Part shown: in pieces, positions 24,856 through 33,034 of the stretch
How positions within the stretch are numbered: position 1 is the first letter of the stretch
Layout: the number at the start of each line of letters is the position of its first letter
Source: a virus
Lineage: Duplodnaviria; Caudoviricetes
IMG/VR virus record: IMGVR_UViG_3300042937_000703
Coordinates: 1 to 37,678 of that record
DNA length: 37,678 nucleotides
Direction: 5' to 3' (one strand)
Translations under genes and position numbers: made by a program
Notes under the pieces: model-generated
The model's input: the letters and a program-made list of their open reading frames with translations, nothing else
What the model was told of the DNA's origin: nothing
The model's database searches: none

Positions 24856-25725
24856 ATGGAAGACACCATCGATACCTCCTCCGAGCAGAGTCTGCTCGAC
24901 ACAGGAGCCGACAGCACCAACGCCGCAGCGCCCGCCGCTTCGGAGACGACCACCACCACCACGCAACCCTCAACCGGCTGGGTCAACCCAGACGGCACCT
25001 TCGGAGAAGGATGGACTAACAACCTCCCCGAGGATTCCGCCGCCTACAAGGACACGCTCGCGAAATACAAAAGCGTTCCCGACATGGCGAAGGCGCTCGC
25101 GAACGCGAATGCGTTGATCGGGAAAAAGCTCGGCGTTCCCAACGAGAAATCCTCGCCCGAGGAAGTCTCCGCCTTCCGCCGCGCCATGGGAGTTCCCGAG
25201 TCGTTGGAGGAATACAAGTTCGCTCCCGAGGCACTCCCCGAGGGGATGACATGGAGTGACGACATGGCGAAGCCCTATGCCGAGATCGCTCACCGGCACG
25301 GAATCCCGCCCTCGGCGATGAAGGAACTCGTCACGCAACACGCGAAGACCGAGATGTTCAAGCTGGAGGCGATCCAAGCGACCTACGAGAAGCAACGCAC
25401 CGAGGCCGTGGCGACCCTGCAAAAGGAATGGGGAAATGATTTCGGAAAAAATATCGGACTTGCCAAGCAGGCCGCGAAGATCGCCGGGGTCGATGCGAAC
25501 TCGCATGGGTTCAGTGATCCCGAGGTCGTGCGTGGATTCGTTCGCATGGCGCAAATGATGAGTGAGGACAAAATCGGTCGCTCAATGGGCGGCACCGAGT
25601 TTATGACCGGCTCGGCCCGCGCCAAGGACATCATGTCCAACCCCGACAACACTTGGCACAAGCGATACATGGAAGGCGACCGCGAAGCCGCCGCGCTCGT
25701 CACCTCCTTGCTCAAGCAGGGATGA
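24856..25725 (+). CDS. Capsid scaffolding/assembly protein
   Basis: Acidic low-complexity N-terminus; GVPES.EEY and L.KEWG.DF motifs; between portal and capsid. Confidence 0.8.
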   Translation: MEDTIDTSSEQSLLDTGADSTNAAAPAASETTTTTTQPSTGWVNPDGTFGEGWTNNLPEDSAAYKDTLAKYKSVPDMAKALANANALIGKKLGVPNEKSSPEEVSAFRRAMGVPESLEEYKFAPEALPEGMTWSDDMAKPYAEIAHRHGIPPSAMKELVTQHAKTEMFKLEAIQATYEKQRTEAVATLQKEWGNDFGKNIGLAKQAAKIAGVDANSHGFSDPEVVRGFVRMAQMMSEDKIGRSMGGTEFMTGSARAKDIMSNPDNTWHKRYMEGDREAAALVTSLLKQG

Positions 25726-25730
25726 AAATC

Positions 25731-25801
25731 TGCGGGGTAGTGAAGAGGCATCACACCAGTTTCATAATCTGGAATCCCGAGTTCGATTCTCGGCCCCGCT
25801 A
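25731..25801 (+). tRNA. tRNA with CAT anticodon (Met-type)
   Basis: Cloverleaf: acceptor GCGGGG/CCCCGC, D stem GTGA/TCAC, anticodon CCAG-T-TTCATAA-T-CTGG, T arm CCGAG-TTCGATT-CTCGG. No encoded CCA. Confidence 0.85.
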
Positions 25802-25803
25802 AT

Positions 25804-25818
25804 TTTTGACTGATACCA
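25804..25818 (+). promoter_or_regulatory. 15-bp motif copy immediately after the tRNA
   Basis: Exact copy; function inferred. Confidence 0.7.
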
Positions 25819-25943
25819 CGGAGTGTGCTACACACTCCTTCGTCAGAGCAGACACCTCCTCGTTGAGCCTGCTCCCTAATACCCGCCGCCGCTGACCCCT
25901 CACGGGACACTCGGAAAAGCGAAGGGAGCAGAAAAACCATCAG

Positions 25944-25958
25944 TTTCGACTGATACCA
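25944..25958 (+). promoter_or_regulatory. 15-bp motif variant TTTCGACTGATACCA upstream of the capsid RBS
   Basis: One mismatch; embedded in the palindrome ATCAGT-TTCG-ACTGAT. Confidence 0.65.
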
Positions 25959-25987
25959 ACTCAACCCAATCAACCAAGGAGGCCAAA

Positions 25988-26887
25988 ATGGCTAACAATG
26001 TTCTGACCACTATCCCGAATCACTACACGACCCAGTTCGACGCGAACTGGAAACACCTCGTTCAACAAAAAAATTCCCGGCTGAAAGAATATGTCACCGT
26101 GGATTCCATCGAGGGTAAGGAGAAATCCTACAACACGATTGACACCGCAACGATGGCTGAAATCGTGGACCGCTCGGTGACAACCCGTATCACCGATCAA
26201 ACCTTCGCCAAACGCTGGGTTCGCACAAAGGAATACGACACCGCAAAACTTCTCGACGAATGGGACGAGGCCAAGCTCGGCGAAGTCGTCCTGCCAACAA
26301 GCCCCATCGTCCAATCCCACGGTGCAGCTTATGCCCGCACTTGTGACACCGTCATTATCTCAGCCCTCGGCGGAGATTCCATGACAGGCACAACCGGCCT
26401 CACCGCAGTTCCGTTGCCTGCTGGCCAAAAGGTCGCTGTCAACATGGTGGAAAGCGGAACCGCTGTAAATTCCGGCCTCACCATCGCCAAGCTCCGCCGC
26501 GCCAAGTTCATTCTCGACGCCGCTGAAGTGGACGAGGAAGAGGAGCGCATCATTGTGGTTTCGGCTCGCCAACTTCAAGACTTGCTCCGCACGACTGAAG
26601 TGACCAGCGCCGACTACAACACGGTTCGCGCCTTGGTGGACGGAAATGTGAACACCTTCATGGGTTTCAAATTCCGCCGCACCCAACTCCTTGGCCTCGC
26701 CTCAACGGTTCGCTCCTGCTTCGCCTATGTGAAGAGTGGCATCGTTCTCGCGGAGCGTGGACTGAAAACCTACATGGATGTCCGCACGGACCTCTCGCAC
26801 TCCCTTCAAATCCGTTCCGTGGCCAGCCTCGGTGCTGTCCGTATGGAAGAGAAGAAGGTCGTCGAGATCGCCTGCGACGAAGCCTAA
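25988..26887 (+). CDS. Major capsid protein
   Basis: 299 aa after the scaffold gene; AGGAGG RBS; LVQQKNSRL, ALVDGNVNTFMGFKF and GAVRMEEKKVVEI motifs. Confidence 0.88.
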   Translation: MANNVLTTIPNHYTTQFDANWKHLVQQKNSRLKEYVTVDSIEGKEKSYNTIDTATMAEIVDRSVTTRITDQTFAKRWVRTKEYDTAKLLDEWDEAKLGEVVLPTSPIVQSHGAAYARTCDTVIISALGGDSMTGTTGLTAVPLPAGQKVAVNMVESGTAVNSGLTIAKLRRAKFILDAAEVDEEEERIIVVSARQLQDLLRTTEVTSADYNTVRALVDGNVNTFMGFKFRRTQLLGLASTVRSCFAYVKSGIVLAERGLKTYMDVRTDLSHSLQIRSVASLGAVRMEEKKVVEIACDEA

Positions 26888-26902
26888 TTCCCGCACCCCG
26901 CT

Positions 26903-26935
26903 GGCAGACCGGGAAATGTCTGCCGCCCACTTTTT
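26903..26935 (+). terminator. Possible intrinsic terminator after the capsid gene
   Basis: Stem GGCAGAC/GTCTGCC; the T-run follows a few nt later, so the spacing is imperfect. Confidence 0.4.
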
Positions 26936-26960
26936 CAATCTGTGATCTGACCGCGCCTCA

Positions 26961-27959
26961 ATGACAGACATCCAAATCTGCAACCTCGCTCTCGCCCGCC
27001 TCGGTGATTCCCGCATCACCGCACTCACGGACGCGACCGCGCAGGCGCAGTATTGCTCTCTGTTCTACACGCAAACGGTCGAGGAACTCCAAGCCGAGTT
27101 CGATTGGCAATTCTGCCGCAAGCAAGTGAATCTCACCAGCGGCACGGCCCCGATTTCCGGCTACTCGCTGCAATACACCCTCCCGACAGATTTTCTGCGG
27201 GTGCTTCGTTTTGGGAATGTGGATTCCAACGAAAACTTTGGCGTGTGGGAAATCATCGCCGACAAAATCCACACCAACCTCTCTTCCCCGGTGGCGCTCG
27301 ATTACATCGCCGCCGTGACCGATCCAGCGAAATTCCCGGCGTTGTTTGTTGAGCTACTGACGATCAAGTTAGCCGGACTCCTCGCCATGCCGCTGACCGG
27401 CAGCAAAGACCTGTTCGGCCAAATGGCGGAAATCTTTGGCGCGACCATGCAGAAGCCCGGTCTTCGCACTCTGATCATCAACACGCAAGCGCCGAAGACC
27501 ACCACCTCGGCGGCGAATTCCGTGACCGAGATTTGCCGACAAGCCATCCTCCGGGTCGGCCCATTGGAAGCCTTCAAGCCTTACGGCGAACCCATGGTCA
27601 TCGCCCAATCTCTCTACGAGCAAACCCGCGACGAACTCCTCGCCGATTTCGAGTGGTCGTTTGCCCGCTCGCAAGTCTCGGTCGCGAAAGATGCCGCCAA
27701 CCCGGCCTCGGGCTATGCCTTCCGCTACGCGATCCCCACAGGCACCGGGCAAATTCTGCGAATCAACAACCTCGACGATAGCGAGAATAGCGGCAAATGG
27801 GAGGTGATCGGTGGCCATGTCCACACCGACTTACCGACCCCCATCATCATGGACATCACTACCAAAATTACGGATGTCGCAAAGTATCCCCCGATCTTTG
27901 TGCAACTCCTCACCACAACCCTCGCACTCAAATTGTGCGGCATCATTGAATCCAAATGA
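26961..27959 (+). CDS. Tail tubular protein A-like (gp11/adaptor), two tandem domains
   Basis: IQICNLALARLG...W.F...Y.LP.D.LR...LA..LAMPLTG occurs, then repeats a second time. Confidence 0.8.
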   Translation: MTDIQICNLALARLGDSRITALTDATAQAQYCSLFYTQTVEELQAEFDWQFCRKQVNLTSGTAPISGYSLQYTLPTDFLRVLRFGNVDSNENFGVWEIIADKIHTNLSSPVALDYIAAVTDPAKFPALFVELLTIKLAGLLAMPLTGSKDLFGQMAEIFGATMQKPGLRTLIINTQAPKTTTSAANSVTEICRQAILRVGPLEAFKPYGEPMVIAQSLYEQTRDELLADFEWSFARSQVSVAKDAANPASGYAFRYAIPTGTGQILRINNLDDSENSGKWEVIGGHVHTDLPTPIIMDITTKITDVAKYPPIFVQLLTTTLALKLCGIIESK

Positions 27960-29620
27960 AATACGAATCACTTTTCCAAGAACTCCAATTCCTCATGGCG
28001 AAACCAGCTTTGCTGGAGTCCATCGAGACCGTTGCCAATTTTACTGGCACTCTCACCGCCACCGCCTCGGAACTCATTCGCCAAGCGATCCTTCGGGTTG
28101 GCAATGCCGAAACCTACAAAAACCAAGGCCAACCGTTTGTGTTTGCCGCCAAGTTTTACCAACCCACGATCTTGGAAATCCTTTCGGAATTCGATTGGCG
28201 GTTTGCGCGGCATCAATCCGGGGGAGTCGTCAAGGATGCCGTCAACCCAGTGACCGGCTACGATTTCCGATATCCCGTTCCCACCGGATCGTTGAAAATC
28301 ATGCGAATCAACGGCATCGATTCCGCCGAGAACTTTGGAACATGGGAGGTCGTGGGTGGGTTTATTCACACCAACCTCACCTCGCCTGTCGCAATCGATT
28401 ACATCGCCGCGCCCGCGACAGACACCACTTACCCCGCCATTTTCAAGGAAATGGTCGTCGTTCGCATGGCTTACAAACTCGCGATGGCCATGGGATTAGC
28501 CGGTCAAGCCGAGGCCGCGATGAAAGAAATGGAAGCTCTGGCAGTGCGTCCCTCCCTGCAACGCGAAATCGAATCCATCGCCGATTCCATGGCTCCCAAC
28601 ACGATATCCACACGGACGCAGATTTCCAAGCAGGCGATCATGCGGCTGGGGTCTACCGAGACATTGATCAAGCAACCTATGGTCTTTGCCAATTCGTTCT
28701 ACGACCAAACCTTGGAAGAGATTCTTTCCGATGTCCCGTGGGCGTTTGCCAAGAAACAGGCAAGCATCGCGGCAGATGGCGCCGCGCCGACCCAAGGATT
28801 TACCAAACGCTATGCTTTGCCCGCTGATTTTATGCAACTCATCCGAGTTGAAAACATCGACTCCTCGGAAAATTTCGGCCAATGGGAAATCGTCGGGGGA
28901 TTCCTTCACACCGACCTCGGGTCTCCTGTCAAAATCGACTACACTTTCAAGCAGACCGATGTCACCAAATTCCCTGCGCCTTTCACCGAGGCGCTGATCG
29001 CCAGACTCGCCAGCAAAATCGCCATGCCGCTTACGCAAAAGGGCGACATCGCCTCGGCCATGGCAACCATCGCCGTCGAGACAATGATGCGCCCCAGCAT
29101 CCGAATCCTCATCGAGAAATCCGCCAAGCCCCGCGCCACCACCGCAGCCAACACGGTTTCCGAAATCTGCCGCCAAGCCATTTTGCGCGTGGGCAGCGCC
29201 GATTCGTTCAAACCCTACGGCGAACCGATGGCACTCGCCACCAGCCTCTACGATCAGACCCGCAACGAGGTGCTGTCCGACTACGATTGGCAGTTCGCTC
29301 GCATCCAATCTTCCATCACCGCCGATGCCGCCGCCCCGGCGTTCGGCTACAGCAAACGCTACGCTTTGCCCACCGGCACACTCAAGGTGCTTCGCATCAA
29401 TGGCGTGGACGAGGACGAGAACTTTGGAAAGTGGGAAATCGTCTCGGGCTTTATCCACACGAACGAAGTCGCGCCCATTCAAGTGGAGACCATCGGCATC
29501 GTGACCGATGTCAGCAAATACCCGCCGGTCTTCCTCAATGTGCTGATCGTCACCTTGGCCATGAAACTGGCGCAACTTCTGGAAATGGGTTCTCCGCAGG
29601 CGATGCCCGCTAAAAAATGA
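27956..29620 (+). CDS. Tail tubular protein A-like, three tandem domains
   Basis: Three copies of (R/K)QAI(L/M)R.G...W.FA...Y..P...ENFG.WE.V.GF.HT. Confidence 0.75.
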   Translation: MKYESLFQELQFLMAKPALLESIETVANFTGTLTATASELIRQAILRVGNAETYKNQGQPFVFAAKFYQPTILEILSEFDWRFARHQSGGVVKDAVNPVTGYDFRYPVPTGSLKIMRINGIDSAENFGTWEVVGGFIHTNLTSPVAIDYIAAPATDTTYPAIFKEMVVVRMAYKLAMAMGLAGQAEAAMKEMEALAVRPSLQREIESIADSMAPNTISTRTQISKQAIMRLGSTETLIKQPMVFANSFYDQTLEEILSDVPWAFAKKQASIAADGAAPTQGFTKRYALPADFMQLIRVENIDSSENFGQWEIVGGFLHTDLGSPVKIDYTFKQTDVTKFPAPFTEALIARLASKIAMPLTQKGDIASAMATIAVETMMRPSIRILIEKSAKPRATTAANTVSEICRQAILRVGSADSFKPYGEPMALATSLYDQTRNEVLSDYDWQFARIQSSITADAAAPAFGYSKRYALPTGTLKVLRINGVDEDENFGKWEIVSGFIHTNEVAPIQVETIGIVTDVSKYPPVFLNVLIVTLAMKLAQLLEMGSPQAMPAKK

Positions 29621-31092
29621 AGGAGCAGTTCTTCCAAGAACTTCAATACCTAGTCTCTCAACCGGCGCTGAAGTCGGCGGTTGAGAGCAGGGCGGCATTC
29701 CGCCCAGCCGTCTCGATTTCCGAAGACGAACTTTGCCGCCAAGCGATCCTCCGCATCGGCACCGGCGAGCAGTTCACTTCCAGCAGCCACGCTCTCCTCC
29801 TCGCCAAGTCTCTTTACCCGCAAGTCCGCGATGCCCTCCTCCTCGCCGGGTCATGGACATGGGCGATGAAGTCCACCACGGTGGCCGAAACCCTCCCGCG
29901 CCCGGAATACAAGTGGGCTTACCGCTACGCCATTCCCTCCGACTGCCTGCGCGTCTTCCGGGTCAACGACTACGACTACTCGACCGGCGACTCGGCATGG
30001 GAGGTCGCTGGCAATTTCGTCCTCACCAATGCCGACTCCGGATCTCCCGCATGGGTCACAGGTCGCACCTACGAGGTCGGCAATGCCGTTTCCAACAACG
30101 GCGCGGTTTACCGCTGCCTGGTTGCCGGATCGACCAAGCAACCCGGCGTCACCTCCAGTTGGACGACCGATTGGGATGTCTGGCTCGGCACGGCGATCAC
30201 GCTGGAATATGTCAAGAAAGTGACCGAGGTCACCCTCTTCGACTCCTTATTCATAGACTTACTCACGGCCAACCTTGCCTCCAAGCTCGCCGTCCCGCTG
30301 ACCGGCGATGCCAACAAGGCCGCGCTCCTCGCGAAGGAAACCGAACTCCTCGGCAAAAGCCCTGCCATGCGCCGGGACTCCACCGAGCGCAAGGGCCGCA
30401 TCAAGCCTGCGTGGATGTCCTCCAAACTCGTCTCCTCCCGCAATGGCGGCGATGGGGTCGATGCCGCGCAGGTCAGCGGAGGCGGTCCCGCAGGCGGCGT
30501 CAGCTACCCTTCGCTCCTCATCCAAGTCGGGGATGTCACCGCAGTTCCCGGCACCACCCCGCCCTTTGTCACCAACACCGGCGCAGGCAGCACCGCCGTT
30601 CTCAATTTCGGTCTCCCTCAAGCAAGCCTGCTCGACTCGGCCAAGACAAGACTGACCGGCAACGGCGTCCTCCGCACCTTCCCGGTCACCGGCCTCAAAT
30701 CGAGCGACCCGAACCATGTCATCGTAGCCATCAACGGAGTCACGCAGGAACCGACAATCGACTACCTCGTCAACCAAGGTGCTGGCACGATCACCTTCGC
30801 CACCGCGATCCCCAACGGCGCGAAAATCGTCGTCGTCGCTCTCGGACTTTACTCGGCCACGACCCAGCGCGACCCCGACAACTTCATCCACTCCTTTGCG
30901 CTCAACACCGCAGGCACCTTTTCCTACTACGGACTGCTCCTCAATTCCGACATCCCCGCCACTGGCTCCGCCGCCGCCGTGGCCAAGTGGATCATCACCC
31001 GTTCCGCCCTCTCCGCCAACGGAACCGTCACTGCCACCGCCAAGGCGACCAATGTCGCGTGGACCAACCGGGAGACCGCCACCTACGCATGA
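29617..31092 (+). CDS. Tail tubular protein A-like domain fused to fibre/attachment modules
   Basis: Sixth RQAILRIG domain with an inserted W..G.TY.VG..V module, followed by beta-rich C-terminal domains. Confidence 0.7.
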   Translation: MKEQFFQELQYLVSQPALKSAVESRAAFRPAVSISEDELCRQAILRIGTGEQFTSSSHALLLAKSLYPQVRDALLLAGSWTWAMKSTTVAETLPRPEYKWAYRYAIPSDCLRVFRVNDYDYSTGDSAWEVAGNFVLTNADSGSPAWVTGRTYEVGNAVSNNGAVYRCLVAGSTKQPGVTSSWTTDWDVWLGTAITLEYVKKVTEVTLFDSLFIDLLTANLASKLAVPLTGDANKAALLAKETELLGKSPAMRRDSTERKGRIKPAWMSSKLVSSRNGGDGVDAAQVSGGGPAGGVSYPSLLIQVGDVTAVPGTTPPFVTNTGAGSTAVLNFGLPQASLLDSAKTRLTGNGVLRTFPVTGLKSSDPNHVIVAINGVTQEPTIDYLVNQGAGTITFATAIPNGAKIVVVALGLYSATTQRDPDNFIHSFALNTAGTFSYYGLLLNSDIPATGSAAAVAKWIITRSALSANGTVTATAKATNVAWTNRETATYA

Positions 31093-31427
31093 CGACGATT
31101 ACCGAATCGAACATCACCCAGCAACTGGACCTCTCCCAGTTCCAGATCGTCTTGCCCGATGACAGCATCAAGCAACTCGTCATCTACCCGACTGCCTCCG
31201 ATTTTCCGCAACCCGGCAAAGAGGCCCGCATCTACCTCGCGCAGGATAGCGGCACACTCTCTCTCTGGAATGGCAGCACTTACCAGCAAGCCGCCGATCT
31301 CCCCGCAACCTTTTCCGAAACGCCGCCCGCACACCCCTACACCGGGCAGCGTTGGACCACTCCTTTTGATCTCACCACCTACGAATGGTTCGCAGGCGCG
31401 TGGGTCGAAAAACCAACCAACAACTAG
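31089..31427 (+). CDS. Small tail/fibre-associated protein
   Basis: ATG overlaps the upstream stop; FPQPG...IYLAQD...WNGSTY fibre-type motif. Confidence 0.65.
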   Translation: MTTITESNITQQLDLSQFQIVLPDDSIKQLVIYPTASDFPQPGKEARIYLAQDSGTLSLWNGSTYQQAADLPATFSETPPAHPYTGQRWTTPFDLTTYEWFAGAWVEKPTNN

Positions 31428-31438
31428 AAAACACCACC

Positions 31439-32308
31439 ATGGCAGCTATCTCATTCCCGGCCTCACCAGCCCTTAACGACATCCACACAGTCGGTTCCCG
31501 TTCGTGGAAATACAACGGCACCGCTTGGAAACTCGTCCCTCGCACAACCGATGCGGTTGTCGAAGGTTCCAACAACCTCTACTACACCAACGCTCGCGTG
31601 GCCTCGGCCCCAGCCGTGTCCGCCCTCGAATCCCGCGCCAGCGCGATTGAGAGCGACATCACCGCCATCGAGTCGGCAGCGACCAGCTTGACCACTCGGG
31701 TCGGCACCGCCGAGGGAGAAATTGATTCTCTCCAATCCGGCCTCTCCACCGCACAAAGCAACATCACCGCGCTCGGCGTTCGCGTGGACGATGTCCTTTC
31801 CAATGTCGATGGAACCGCCCTCGATTCGCTATCGGAAATCGTCACCGCTTTCCAAGCTGCGGATTCCAACCTCAACGGAGCCATCTCCAGCCTCGCCGGA
31901 GCCGCCTCGACGAACCTCGCCAATGCCGTTTCCTCGCTGGAAGCCGCCGATGCCGATTTGGCCTCGGACATTTCCGGCCTCGACACCCGCCTCGGCACGG
32001 CGGAGGGCGAAATCAACACGCTCCAGAGCGACCTCGACGCCGCCGAATCCGCCGCCAGCACTTTGGCCGGTCGGGTAACCAGCGCCGAAGGGGATATCGA
32101 TTCGCTGGAAGGCCGCGCCTCCTCCTTGGAAGGCGGACTCTCCACCGCGCAGTCGAACATCTCCGCCCTCGAAAGCAGCAAGCAGATCAAGGATGTCGTC
32201 AGCACCACGGCCCCGAGCCACACCGCTGGCCTCCGCTGGATCGACCCCACCGATATGACCGAATACCTCTCCTACAACGGAGCGTGGGTCGAAATCGACA
32301 AGCAGTAA
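31439..32308 (+). CDS. Coiled-coil fibre protein
   Basis: Heptad repeats (RVGTAEGEIDSLQ), LDSLSEIV motif, and FPASP...WKYNGTAW N-terminus. Confidence 0.75.
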   Translation: MAAISFPASPALNDIHTVGSRSWKYNGTAWKLVPRTTDAVVEGSNNLYYTNARVASAPAVSALESRASAIESDITAIESAATSLTTRVGTAEGEIDSLQSGLSTAQSNITALGVRVDDVLSNVDGTALDSLSEIVTAFQAADSNLNGAISSLAGAASTNLANAVSSLEAADADLASDISGLDTRLGTAEGEINTLQSDLDAAESAASTLAGRVTSAEGDIDSLEGRASSLEGGLSTAQSNISALESSKQIKDVVSTTAPSHTAGLRWIDPTDMTEYLSYNGAWVEIDKQ

Positions 32309-32314
32309 AAAACC

Positions 32315-32707
32315 ATGTCCGCCCTCGCGTTTCCATCCACCCCGTCAGTCAACGACACCTTCACTTCCGGCAATCGGAAGTGGAAGTGGACGGGAGCGCG
32401 TTGGGTCGTCCAACCCGTCACCATCCCGGCCTCTCGCCTCTCTGGCGAGGGGGCGGAGACCGGCGACATCCTCGTCTTCGACGGCGAGTCATGGTCCCCC
32501 GTCCCCCTCACCGAGGGCGGTTCCACCATCGCCCGCGCCGATTGGGACGAACCCTACCACTACTACGGCACCGCCCCCACCGGCACCGCCGAATCATCCA
32601 CCGGCTGGACGATCACCCGCATCACCACCGATGCCGATGGGTCGGTCACGGCCACCCAATCCGCCACCGGCGCGTGGAGTAATCGCGCCTCACTTTCCTA
32701 CAGCTAA
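32315..32707 (+). CDS. Small tail/fibre-associated protein
   Basis: Shares the FP..P..ND...W.W.G..W N-terminus with the previous gene. Its C-terminal W.ITR...W.NR...Y module resembles the end of 29617-31092. Confidence 0.7.
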   Translation: MSALAFPSTPSVNDTFTSGNRKWKWTGARWVVQPVTIPASRLSGEGAETGDILVFDGESWSPVPLTEGGSTIARADWDEPYHYYGTAPTGTAESSTGWTITRITTDADGSVTATQSATGAWSNRASLSYS

Positions 32708-32728
32708 AACCTCAAACCCACCACCACC

Positions 32729-33031
32729 ATGACAGCTACCAACCCCATCGAAATCAACGGAAAATCCTACGACCGCTACTCGCTCAACCTCGCCATCACC
32801 GGCAGCTACAAAGCCGATGGATCGCAAGACGCCAGCATCGCCATGCGCCTCGTCCCCACGCGCCTCGTCCCCGCAAATGACGAAGCCCCCGCCTCGGTTG
32901 AAACCGCCGACTCCGCAGCCATCGGCTTCCTGCGCGGCCACCTCTCCGAAGTCGCCGACCCAGCGGAGCAAGCCGCCGTCGCTGCGATCCAGAACGCCCT
33001 GCAAACCCTTTTGATCTCGAAAGGACTCTAA
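32729..33031 (+). CDS. Hypothetical tail-region protein
   Basis: 100-aa ORF with genome-typical codon usage, in the tail cluster. Confidence 0.65.
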   Translation: MTATNPIEINGKSYDRYSLNLAITGSYKADGSQDASIAMRLVPTRLVPANDEAPASVETADSAAIGFLRGHLSEVADPAEQAAVAAIQNALQTLLISKGL

Positions 33032-33034
33032 GCC

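Noticed and set aside
11343-25958. 15-bp motif as a CRISPR repeat or a standard sigma70 promoter
   Set aside because: Copies are dispersed, not regularly spaced. TTGACT resembles a -35 box, but no consistent -10 follows and the ATG is often 1-8 nt away.
29733-31088. 564-aa ORF 29733-31427 as a full-length gene
   Set aside because: The upstream part is an Arg/Pro-rich alternate frame of 29617-31092. Only the part from ATG 31089 looks like a real protein.
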